Both the position numbers and the translations under genes were made by a program. Shown here piece after piece: positions 1 to 7,889 of a stretch of 17,905 nucleotides of DNA; position 1 is the first letter of the stretch; each line of letters starts with the position of its first letter. The DNA is from Candidatus Hydrogenedentota bacterium. GTDB lineage: Bacteria; Hydrogenedentota; Hydrogenedentia; Hydrogenedentales; SLHB01. A model generated the notes under the pieces. The model made no database searches, was not told where the DNA came from, and saw only the letters and a list, made by a program, of their open reading frames with translations. The stretch covers positions 90,188 through 108,092 of the forward strand of contig BTWA01000019.1 of NCBI GenBank assembly GCA_045863295.1, in the 5' to 3' direction.

Positions 1-1598
1 GCAAAGGTCTTCTGGCCGCCCGACAACACGTCTTCGGGCTTTTGAATCCGGTCCTCGGAGACCTCGCTCACATGGATGAGGCCTTCCACGCCGTTATCAA
101 GGCGCGCGAACGCGCCAAAGCTGACCAGCTTTGCAATCTCGACTTCCAGGATGGATCCAATCGGGTGGCCGTCCACGACTTCCTGCCACGGATCCTTGTC
201 CAACTGTTTCAAGCCGACGCCGATCTTTTCGTTCTCCGGGTCGATGCTCAACACCTTGACCTCGACGACCTGATCCTTCTCCAGCACTTCGGAGGGGTGG
301 GCCACCTTCTTGGTCCAGGATACGTCCGACACATGCAGCAACGCATCGATGCCTTCTTCCAGCTCGATGAACGCACCGTAGTCCGTCAGGTTCCGCACGC
401 GGCCGGACACAATTGAATTGACTGGATACTTCGATTCGATTTCGCGCCACGGATTGGGACGGGTCTGCTTCAGGCCCAGCGCAATCTTTTCCGCGTCCGG
501 ATCGACGTTCAGCACCATCACGTCCACTTCGGCGTCAATCGCGAGGACTTCATTGGGATGGCGCACGCGCCGGGTCCAGCTCATCTCGCTGACGTGCACC
601 ATGCCTTCGATGCCGTCTTCAAGCTGCACAAACGCGCCGTAGTCGGTCATGCTGACCACGCGGCCGCGGACCACGTTACCGATCGGATACCGGTCGAGCG
701 CCGTCTTCCACGGGTTTTGCGACTTCTGCTTCAGCCCGAGGCTGATCCGCTCGGTGTGTGGGTCGAAGCTCAACACCATTACTTCGATGCGCTGGCCCAC
801 GCTCACAACTTGCGAAGGATGCTTCACGCGGCCCCACGACATGTCGGTCACGTGAAGGAGGCCGTCGATGCCACCCACGTCGACAAACGCGCCGAAATCC
901 GTAATATTCTTCACCTCGCCTGGAATCACCTGACCCACGGCAATGGTGCTCAACAACTTGTTCTTTTCGTCCGCGCGCTGTTCTTCCAACAGCTTTCTGC
1001 GGCTCACCACCACGTTGCGCCGGCGTTTGGTCAGCTTGATGATCTTCAGTTCCATCTCCTGACCGATGTACCGCTCCAAGTCGCTGGTGGGGCGCCAGGT
1101 CAATTGGCTGGCCGGCATGAACGCATCAATGCCGATATCCACCTTCAAACCGCCCTTCACACGCCGCACGATACGGCCGCGAATGACGCCGTCCTGTTCG
1201 TAAATTTCCTGGATGTGCGTCCAGTTCTTGATTTTGTCTGCTTTGATTTTCGAGAGCACCGGCATGCCGTCTTCGTCTTCCGGTTCCTCGATGAACACGT
1301 CAAATACCTGGCCGATCACAATTTCATTGCGATGCTGGAATTCCTCGATCGGAATCGCGCCCTCGCTCTTGTAACCGATGTCGACGAGCACGTAGTCTTC
1401 CGCAAGATCAACGACGGTGCCTTTAACGACTTCGCCCTCTTTGAAGCTGTGCATGCTTTCATCGTAGAACGCAGTCATTTCTTCCTCGGTCAGGGGAGCC
1501 CCTTCGCCGGTGAAGTCCGCCACGGCGCTAGCCGTTCTGCCCGCGGTGTTTGCCTCCAATTCGGAGACGCCTGTTGTTACCTGTTTTTCATCAACCAT
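1..1598 (-). CDS. rpsA: 30S ribosomal protein S1 (5' part; 3' end lies beyond the left edge of the window)
   Basis: Absent from the ORF track because there is no stop in the window. Manual translation from ATG 1598 gives MVDEKQVTTG...FKEGEVVKGTVVDLAEDYVLVDIGYKSEGAIPIEEF, and near the window start VEGLIHVSEVSEDRIQKPEDVL in the same frame; these are S1-domain repeats. AAAGGAGG at 1620-1613. Confidence 0.97.
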   Translation of the reverse strand, partial: MVDEKQVTTGVSELEANTAGRTASAVADFTGEGAPLTEEEMTAFYDESMHSFKEGEVVKGTVVDLAEDYVLVDIGYKSEGAIPIEEFQHRNEIVIGQVFDVFIEEPEDEDGMPVLSKIKADKIKNWTHIQEIYEQDGVIRGRIVRRVKGGLKVDIGIDAFMPASQLTWRPTSDLERYIGQEMELKIIKLTKRRRNVVVSRRKLLEEQRADEKNKLLSTIAVGQVIPGEVKNITDFGAFVDVGGIDGLLHVTDMSWGRVKHPSQVVSVGQRIEVMVLSFDPHTERISLGLKQKSQNPWKTALDRYPIGNVVRGRVVSMTDYGAFVQLEDGIEGMVHVSEMSWTRRVRHPNEVLAIDAEVDVMVLNVDPDAEKIALGLKQTRPNPWREIESKYPVNSIVSGRVRNLTDYGAFIELEEGIDALLHVSDVSWTKKVAHPSEVLEKDQVVEVKVLSIDPENEKIGVGLKQLDKDPWQEVVDGHPIGSILEVEIAKLVSFGAFARLDNGVEGLIHVSEVSEDRIQKPEDVLSGGQKTF

Positions 1599-1659
1599 GG
1601 AATCGTTAAAAACCTCCTTTAAGGGAAATGTGTCTGAAAGTTGCCCAGACAGACAAAAT

Positions 1660-1689
1660 ACTGTAACAAACAAGAAAGACCAGAGTCAA
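1660..1689 (-). promoter_or_regulatory. Putative sigma70-type promoter of rpsA
   Basis: On the minus strand: TTGACT (1689-1684), 18 nt spacer, TACAGT (1665-1660), with TGn directly before the -10. Confidence 0.55.
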
Positions 1690-1737
1690 ACCCGCAATTC
1701 GCGGCTTGATCCGGATTCGACGCCTCGCGCGGGCCAG

Positions 1738-1766
1738 TTGATCGCGCGCGCGAATTTTCATATACT
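1738..1766 (+). promoter_or_regulatory. Putative sigma70-type promoter of the tRNA-His-hisS unit
   Basis: TTGATC (1738-1743), 17 nt spacer, TATACT (1761-1766), about 65 nt upstream of the tRNA. Confidence 0.65.
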
Positions 1767-1833
1767 CTTATCCCGATTGTGGTTGCCGATGGATGTGCAT
1801 AGCCGCACGTACCACGGGAACGGCAATGCGTGT

Positions 1834-1910
1834 GCCGGGATAGCTCAGCTGGTTAGAGCGCTGGATTGTGGATCCAGAGGTCGAGGGTTCGAACCCCCCT
1901 CCCGGTACCA
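1834..1910 (+). tRNA. tRNA-His (GUG), CCA encoded; atypical: no G-1, G1:U72, A73
   Basis: Cloverleaf: acceptor GCCGGGA/TCCCGGT, D-stem GCTC/GAGC, anticodon stem CTGGA/TCCAG with loop TTGTGGA (GTG at 1868-1870), T-arm GAGGG-TTCGAAC-CCCCC, discriminator A, then CCA. Confidence 0.97.
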
Positions 1911-2008
1911 TTTCAATTCCCTCCGCAAAGCCCCGTGGGGGCCGGTTGCATTCTGGTACAGACAGGCGAGCCGTGTCACCTGCGCGCGCACCGCGATTTC
2001 GATTAACC

Positions 2009-2029
2009 CGGCGGCCGGGCCGCCGTTTC
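2009..2029 (+). terminator. GC-rich hairpin with a short T-tail between tRNA-His and hisS (possible leaky terminator or processing signal)
   Basis: CGGCGGC-CGG-GCCGCCG (2009-2025) followed by TTTC. Confidence 0.3.
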
Positions 2030-2041
2030 ACAAGGTGGATC

Positions 2042-3481
2042 ATGACCGACCCAAAGCAACTCGTCGAACCACGCACGCTCAAGGGATTCCAGGATTTGTT
2101 GCCGGAGGATATCCTGCCGCGCACCGCCGTGATTCGATCCATTGAAAGCGTATTCGAACGCTACGGATTTCAGCCGCTCGATTCGCCCGCCATCGAACAC
2201 CTCGATGTATTGTTGGGCGCCGGTGGCGAAGAAACCAACAAGGAATTGTTTCGCCTGCAAACGCCCGAGGGCGAGCCCGTCGCCTTGCGATTCGATCTGA
2301 CCGTTCCGTTTGCCCGCCTCATGGCCCAGTATCCCGAACGTCTCAAACCGCCGTTCCGGCGATACGCCATTGGATCTGTCTTTCGCGCCGACAAACCCGG
2401 TCCCGGGCGCTTCCGCCAGTTCACGCAATTCGATATCGATGCCGCCGGTTCGGATGCCGTCGTCGTGGATGCGGAGATCATTTCGATCATGTGCGAAGTG
2501 ATGTCCGTTCTGAATGCTTCTGACTATTGCGTGTGCATCAACAACCGGAAGATTATCGACGCGCTGCTCCTGGGCAACGGCATCGACAATCCCGATCGTC
2601 AGAAACACGTGCTCCGTGTCATCGATAAACTCGCCAAAGTGGGCGTCGAAAACATCCGCCTCGAACTCGGTCCCGGACGTATCGACGCCTCCGGCGATCC
2701 GATTCCCGGTGTCAAGCTGGACGATGCGACTATCAATGCGCTGTTGTCATTCATTGCGATAGAAGCAAGCACCCGCCACGGCATCGTCGCTGCCATGGAA
2801 ACCGCCTTGCCCCCGTCGGAGGCGTCGCAGGCGGCGGTACAGGACATGCGCGATTTGGCGGATGCCCTCGAAGCGCTTGGCGTGGCCGAGCAACATGCGC
2901 GCTTTCAACCCAGCCTCGCGCGCGGTCTCGACTATTACACGGGCACCGTGTTCGAGATGATTCTCCCCACTGCCCCCGAATTTGGATCCGTGATGGGTGG
3001 CGGCCGGTACGATGGACTGGTTTCCCGCTTCCTCGACCGGCCCGTCGCGTGCACCGGCATGTCCGTGGGCTTAGACCGGCTCATGGCCGCACTCACGTAC
3101 CTGGGACTGGTCACGACTCCAAAGACCACCGTGCAGGCGCTCATTGTATCGTTGCCCGGCGTGCCGCCCGCGGAAACGCTCCGTATCGCCGCGGAATTGC
3201 GCCGCGCGGGTATCAACACCGAGCCTTATTTCGGCAGCAAGCGCGGCATGAAGCATCAGATGGCGCATGCCGATCATTACGGCATCCCGGTGGCGGTAAT
3301 CGTCGGTGGCGACGAACTGGCGCAGGGTGTGGTGTCGGTCAAGGACCTATTCGCTGGTAAGGCGGAACGTGAAAACATTGCCGATCGCGACGCCTATCGC
3401 GAAGCCGGCCGCACCGGACAAATCACCGTGAAGCGCGAGGATATGGTGGAGACGGTGCAACGGTTTCTCGGCGTCCACTGA
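2042..3481 (+). CDS. hisS: Histidine--tRNA ligase (alphaproteobacterial-like subtype)
   Basis: PRTLKGFQD at the N-terminus, ALRFDLTVPFAR, motif 2 FRADKPGPGRFRQFTQFDID, HisA RGLDYYTG, HisB GGGRYDGL, motif 3 GMSVGLDRL, C-terminal anticodon-binding domain. Start set to ATG 2042 (AAGGTGG upstream), since the track start at 1868 lies inside the tRNA. Confidence 0.97.
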   Translation: MTDPKQLVEPRTLKGFQDLLPEDILPRTAVIRSIESVFERYGFQPLDSPAIEHLDVLLGAGGEETNKELFRLQTPEGEPVALRFDLTVPFARLMAQYPERLKPPFRRYAIGSVFRADKPGPGRFRQFTQFDIDAAGSDAVVVDAEIISIMCEVMSVLNASDYCVCINNRKIIDALLLGNGIDNPDRQKHVLRVIDKLAKVGVENIRLELGPGRIDASGDPIPGVKLDDATINALLSFIAIEASTRHGIVAAMETALPPSEASQAAVQDMRDLADALEALGVAEQHARFQPSLARGLDYYTGTVFEMILPTAPEFGSVMGGGRYDGLVSRFLDRPVACTGMSVGLDRLMAALTYLGLVTTPKTTVQALIVSLPGVPPAETLRIAAELRRAGINTEPYFGSKRGMKHQMAHADHYGIPVAVIVGGDELAQGVVSVKDLFAGKAERENIADRDAYREAGRTGQITVKREDMVETVQRFLGVH

Positions 3482-3500
3482 GTTCAACAAGGTTTCGCTC

Positions 3501-4337
3501 ATGCCCAGCAACTACACCGTCCGCCGAATGTCGCGCAACGAACTTGACGAGGCGCTGGTACTCGCGCGCGAAGAAGGCTGGAATCCCGGCCTGCACGATG
3601 CCGAGGCGTTCTATGCCGCGGATCCCAATGGCTTCTTCCGAGGCGAACTGGACGGCCAATTCGTGGGGTGCATCAGCGCCGTCGCGTATAACGATGACTA
3701 CGGATTCATGGGTTTCTACATCGTCCGCAAAGAATTTCGCGGACAAGGACACGGACTTCCCCTGTGGAACGCCGCGATCGAATGCATGGGAAGTCGAACC
3801 ATTGGCGCTGACGGCGTGCCCTCCATGCTTGCCAAATACGAAACCATGGGGTTTCGAATTGCCTACCGCAACGTCCGCTACAAGGGCGAAGGCGGGGGAG
3901 AGGAACCCGAGGGTCTGATCGGCCTCGACGCCGTCTCGATGGCCGACCTTCTCGCGTTTGATCGGGAGCACGTCCCGGCACCGCGCGAATCGTTCCTGAA
4001 ATCGTGGATTCATCAGCCGGGATCCGTGGTGCGTGTTCTGCTGGACCAAGGTCGAATCACAGGCTACGGCATGCTTCGGCCATGCCTCAACGCATGCAAG
4101 GTGGGTCCGCTGTTTGCCAACGATCCGGCTGTCGCGGGCCGCATCTTGAACGGATTGCGGGCGCATGCGCGGGGAGACCTGTACCTGGACGTGCCCGAAC
4201 CCAATGCCGCCGCCGTGGCGTTGGCAAAATCCCTGGACATGCAGCCCGTCTTCGAGACCAGCCGCATCTACAAAGGCGCGCCGCCGGCGTTGCCGCTCGA
4301 CCGGATATACGGCGTGACTTCGTTTGAGTTGGGGTAG
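3501..4337 (+). CDS. GNAT family N-acetyltransferase with C-terminal YitH-like domain
   Basis: EGWNPG, motif A FYIVRKEFRGQGHG, LDG-like IGADGV, Y.T.GF, and second-half KVGPLFA / DVPEPN / GVTSFELG, typical of two-domain YitH-like GNATs. Confidence 0.85.
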   Translation: MPSNYTVRRMSRNELDEALVLAREEGWNPGLHDAEAFYAADPNGFFRGELDGQFVGCISAVAYNDDYGFMGFYIVRKEFRGQGHGLPLWNAAIECMGSRTIGADGVPSMLAKYETMGFRIAYRNVRYKGEGGGEEPEGLIGLDAVSMADLLAFDREHVPAPRESFLKSWIHQPGSVVRVLLDQGRITGYGMLRPCLNACKVGPLFANDPAVAGRILNGLRAHARGDLYLDVPEPNAAAVALAKSLDMQPVFETSRIYKGAPPALPLDRIYGVTSFELG

Positions 4338-4418
4338 GGGACCGTCGGACTTTCACAACACCGGGTGATCCCTACTGTCCTCTGTGTCCCTTCCGTCCCT
4401 TGATCCGCCCGCGCCAAA

Positions 4419-4691
4419 TCAGAATGACATAATGCCTTCGATGGTCATAACGCGTTCGTACACTTCCATCACTTGGTGCGAGGAATGAAAATAGCCCCGG
4501 TACGTCAGGGAAATGTACCGTCCGTTGGCCGATGGCCTCGTCTGATACGAGACCTCCTTGAAATGCCCCTCCAACTCCTCGATCTTGTCTCGGGGCACAA
4601 TGAACTTGAACAGGTATTCCCCGGGCCATTCATGGCCGCTATCGATCAGGGCATGCAACCGCATCATTTTTTCGGCGTAATCGGGACTCAT
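4419..4691 (-). CDS. DUF493 (YbeD-like) family protein
   Basis: About 90 aa with WPGEYLFKFIV and RPSANGRYISLT motifs. GGAG at 4707-4704. Start is ATG 4691 or TTG 4697. Confidence 0.8.
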   Translation of the reverse strand: MSPDYAEKMMRLHALIDSGHEWPGEYLFKFIVPRDKIEELEGHFKEVSYQTRPSANGRYISLTYRGYFHSSHQVMEVYERVMTIEGIMSF

Positions 4692-4748
4692 GCTCAATGC
4701 GTACTCCACTGCGATAATACCATCCAATCCGCGCCGATCAAATCCCGA

Positions 4749-6215
4749 TCACGATTCCCGCGCCGTCGAAGCCGGACCCAACTTCCTCGCCCAGAATACA
4801 TAGAAGGGCAGGCCCGAGAGGATGAGCGCAAGGCCGATGCCCGCATCGCGCGGACGCTGCCAGATGGTCACCAACACGAGCGACGCGCAAAACAAGACAA
4901 ACAGGGCCGGCACAACCGGATATCCGTGAACGCGATACGGGCGGTGCGTGTCGTGCATGGTCCGGCGCAATACAAACACGCCGAACGCCGAAGCTCCGTA
5001 GAAAATGAACGACGCGAATATGACCATGTCGCTGAGCTGATCGAATGAGCCCGAAAGCACCAACAGCGACGCCCACACCGCCTGAAACACAATCGACGAC
5101 GTTGGTGTCCGGTACTTGGGATGGCAATGGCCCACTGATTCGAAGAACAACCGATCGCGGGCCATGGCGAAATACATGCGCGACGTGGGCAATAGGGAGC
5201 AGTTCACGGCTCCAAAGGTCGAGAGCATGATCAGGAGCGTAACCAGAAGCGCCGCGTTGCCGCCCACCCCTTTACGCACCACCTCGATGGCCACGATCCG
5301 GTTTTGCTCCGTCGTGAGCGCGGCCATTTCGCTGACCGGCATGACGTACAAGTAGGTCAGGTTAACGATCAGATATATCGCAACCACGCCGCCCACGCCG
5401 AGCCCCAGCGCGAGTGGGATGGTGCGGTTCGGGTTCTTCACTTCGCCGCCAAGATAGGTAATGTTCATCCAGCCGTCGTAGGCCCAGAATGCGCCGAGCA
5501 TGGCCGCGTAGAAGGCCCCCGTCAGGCCAAGGCCGGTGGCATAAGCGGCGTCGGGATTCACCCCAAACGGCGACAGATTGGCCGAAGTTCCATGGGCAAA
5601 GAAAAGGCCGAACACAACCAGCAAGCCAAGTCCCGTGAGCTTCAGTATGGACGAAATACTGGCTATGAGGCCGCCGTATACGACCCCAAAGTAATTCGCC
5701 GCGGACAACAGAATGATCGTCGCGATCGTGAACGCCTTTACCCCGAAATTGTTGAAGGGTTGGAAGATTCCCAGCACCGTCCATTCATCCCACGACTGCG
5801 GCAACCGCGGAAATTCGTACAGCGCGTTCGACGACTCGCCGAATACATAGGCAATCGAAGCAATGGAGGCCGTTCCAATCACCGCGAACTGCGTCCAGCC
5901 AAACATAAAGGCAAAGAGTCGCCCGTACATGCGCTTGAAGAACGCATATTGTCCGCCCGGATCGGCAATCATGCCGGAGACTTCCGCGTTCGCCAGGGCG
6001 CCAAAGAACGAAATGATCCCCGCGACCAGCCACGCCGCAAGCAGCAACCCCGCCGACTGCACCTCCGCCGCCATCGGGGCCGCCTTTTTGAACACGCCGG
6101 ATCCAATCATGTTGCCCATGATGATCATCACCGCCGTAAACAGCCCCAGCCTGGGCAGGAGTGTAGCGGGATTAGAATGAACTGGTGTCTTCACAGGATC
6201 CCCTTGGGTGGACAT
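4749..6215 (-). CDS. APC superfamily amino acid permease (LAT/SteT-like)
   Basis: TM1 GNMIGSGVF, AE...PGGQY, TM6 FWAYDGW, GEVKNPNRTIP, SRMYFAMARD, RPYRVHGYP; about 12 hydrophobic segments. Start uncertain (ATG 6215 or GTG 6194). Confidence 0.92.
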   Translation of the reverse strand: MSTQGDPVKTPVHSNPATLLPRLGLFTAVMIIMGNMIGSGVFKKAAPMAAEVQSAGLLLAAWLVAGIISFFGALANAEVSGMIADPGGQYAFFKRMYGRLFAFMFGWTQFAVIGTASIASIAYVFGESSNALYEFPRLPQSWDEWTVLGIFQPFNNFGVKAFTIATIILLSAANYFGVVYGGLIASISSILKLTGLGLLVVFGLFFAHGTSANLSPFGVNPDAAYATGLGLTGAFYAAMLGAFWAYDGWMNITYLGGEVKNPNRTIPLALGLGVGGVVAIYLIVNLTYLYVMPVSEMAALTTEQNRIVAIEVVRKGVGGNAALLVTLLIMLSTFGAVNCSLLPTSRMYFAMARDRLFFESVGHCHPKYRTPTSSIVFQAVWASLLVLSGSFDQLSDMVIFASFIFYGASAFGVFVLRRTMHDTHRPYRVHGYPVVPALFVLFCASLVLVTIWQRPRDAGIGLALILSGLPFYVFWARKLGPASTARES

Positions 6216-6266
6216 GGCTGCACATCTTAACGATTCCACGGGGAATGAACAACGAGGAGCGTCCGA

Positions 6267-6303
6267 AAAGACGGCCGCCCCGAGGAGGAATCCCCGGGGC
6301 GGC
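6267..6303 (-). terminator. Putative intrinsic terminator after DUF1559 gene 1
   Basis: Minus strand GCCGCCCCGGGGA-TTCC-TCCTCGGGGCGGC (13-bp stem with one G:U), followed by CGTCTTTT. Confidence 0.55.
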
Positions 6304-6364
6304 GTACTTCGAAACGCGGATATCGTCTCCGTTCCCAAATTGGATTGGGAACGCGCTCAGGTAA

Positions 6365-7318
6365 TCAGTACGCGCGGCCGAACGCGGCCACCAACGGCGT
6401 GACCGGAATGTCCGAATTCACCGAACTTGGATAACGGCGCCACGCAACGTGACCGTCCATGAACAACACGTTCGCACCGCCCGGCACGTGAGCAAATTCT
6501 TCCGTGTCCGTGTCGATCGAACCCTTGACCACGTCCCACATCACCGGAATGTTGGACTGGGCCTTGGAGCCGCCCGCCGCGGCGTTGATGTTCGTGATCA
6601 TGAAACGCTCAATGCCATCTTTCAGACGGTACACCGTGTTGCTGCCGCCATTGCCCTTCGCGACCACCGTGGCATACTGCGGGAACTTGGAGCCCACGAT
6701 GCCGTTGATGTACGTGGCGAACAAGCTGGACGTATTCGCCAACGAGGCGTTCATGTTTGAATCGCGCAGGTTAAATGCAGTAACCCGGTTGCCGCCCGCG
6801 CCCGCTTCGTTCACGATCGACGCAAGGACCATCGTGCCCCACACGATGTCATCTTCCGTGACCCAGCCGTAATACACATAGCCGCGGTCATCGAACTTCT
6901 CGGGATCCAGACCCGGGGTATTCGGATTGCTCGCGCCCGTGGCGCACCAATCGCCACCCGGGCACAGCGTGAAGTCGTCTTGATCATCCAAATCCGACGG
7001 ACAGAAATAGGTGTTCATGTCCGTCATGTATTCGGGATAAATGGACGGGCCGTGCGGCACGGCGACGAGTCCCGTATTCCAGGTCGCATCGTCCAGGCTG
7101 CCTTCGTCGCCCAGCGGCGGGAAAAGACCGCCCGCGGACTCGTTCGCGTACATTTTGTACGAGAGGCCCCATTGTTTCAGGTTATTCTGGCAGGACGCGC
7201 GCCGTGCCGCTTCGCGAGCCCTTGCGAGCGCCGGCAGCAGAATGGCCGCCAGAATGCCGATGATGGCGATAACCACCAGCAATTCGATCAGTGTGAACCC
7301 CTTATTACGCTTACTCAT
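6365..7318 (-). CDS. Prepilin-type N-terminal cleavage/methylation, DUF1559 and H-X9-DG domain protein (paralog 1)
   Basis: MSKRNKG^[42 protein letters not shown], central FCPSD, C-terminal [25 protein letters not shown] before ATG 7318. Confidence 0.92.
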   Translation of the reverse strand: MSKRNKGFTLIELLVVIAIIGILAAILLPALARAREAARRASCQNNLKQWGLSYKMYANESAGGLFPPLGDEGSLDDATWNTGLVAVPHGPSIYPEYMTDMNTYFCPSDLDDQDDFTLCPGGDWCATGASNPNTPGLDPEKFDDRGYVYYGWVTEDDIVWGTMVLASIVNEAGAGGNRVTAFNLRDSNMNASLANTSSLFATYINGIVGSKFPQYATVVAKGNGGSNTVYRLKDGIERFMITNINAAAGGSKAQSNIPVMWDVVKGSIDTDTEEFAHVPGGANVLFMDGHVAWRRYPSSVNSDIPVTPLVAAFGRAY

Positions 7319-7418
7319 GGTTGCTCTCCCTCGATAGATGCGTATTTTGAATAAAGGCAAGGAACTGGTAGGGGGTGGGTATGAATCATTCCGTTGCGCC
7401 GACCCTCCCAAGGGTTAG

Positions 7419-7434
7419 AGGTTATCGATAACCT
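7419..7434. promoter_or_regulatory. Perfect 16-bp palindrome, candidate LacI-family operator
   Basis: AGGTTATCGATAACCT with central CG, just downstream of the predicted transcription start of the promoter at 7472-7444. Confidence 0.7.
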
Positions 7435-7443
7435 ATACCCCGT

Positions 7444-7472
7444 ATAATAGTATTACCGGGAAAGCGTGTCAA
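7444..7472 (-). promoter_or_regulatory. Sigma70-type promoter of DUF1559 gene 1
   Basis: TTGACA (7472-7467), 17 nt spacer, TATTAT (7449-7444). Confidence 0.75.
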
Positions 7473-7535
7473 CTAAAAGCGAAATAGCGGAATTACAGGT
7501 CAAACTTTATACAGTATAGTGATATTGTACGATAG

Positions 7536-7549
7536 TAATAACGTTATTA
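7536..7549. promoter_or_regulatory. Perfect 14-bp palindrome, candidate auxiliary LacI-family operator
   Basis: TAATAACGTTATTA, sharing the TAWCGWTA core with 7419-7434. A related ATTAACGATAAC lies at 7569-7580. Confidence 0.5.
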
Positions 7550-7814
7550 TATGTCGCTTGTAACGGTAATTAACGATAACCGCTCCGCCCGTTTGGCGGC
7601 AGGCCATACGGTCAAATCTTGAGAGCCTGCCCCAGGACGGATCCGTCGAACGGAAGCAAACGTAATCCGCCCCCGTATTCAGTCGTTACACGCTTGAATC
7701 GCGTCCAAAGGGGGGCGACGGCCTCCGTGGAGGTGGCGGACTACTTGCAGGGGGTGTTGGAAACGCAGGATTTCAACAATGGCGGGGACCAGAGCGCAAT
7801 GCGAGGTCCGATAC

Positions 7815-7847
7815 AAAAAGCCCCGGCTCCATCGCTGGAACCGGGGC
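7815..7847 (-). terminator. Intrinsic terminator after DUF1559 gene 2
   Basis: Minus strand GCCCCGGTTCCA-GCGA-TGGAGCCGGGGC-TTTTT: 12-bp stem with one G:U, GNRA loop, U-tract. Confidence 0.85.
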
Positions 7848-7889
7848 CTGGGCTGTCAAGTAAACCTGGCTGTAAAACAGGTCCGGAAA

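Noticed and set aside
42..1622. Long plus-strand ORFs 42..416 and 558..1622
   Set aside because: Antisense shadows of rpsA in the mirrored frame; no recognisable motifs.
1880..1930. tRNA-His 3' end as an integration site (att) for a mobile element
   Set aside because: No integrase, and I found no duplicate of the tRNA 3' end in the window; the downstream gene is housekeeping hisS.
1868..2041. N-terminal extension of hisS starting at GTG 1868, which is the tRNA anticodon itself and in frame with hisS
   Set aside because: It overlaps the tRNA and has no RBS; HisRS homology starts at ATG 2042. The in-frame anticodon is most likely coincidence.
4334..4401. GTAGGG/CCCTAC inverted repeat and three 9-nt GTCC-containing units between the convergent GNAT and DUF493 genes
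   Set aside because: Too short and degenerate, and seen only once in the window; cannot be called a REP element or terminator.
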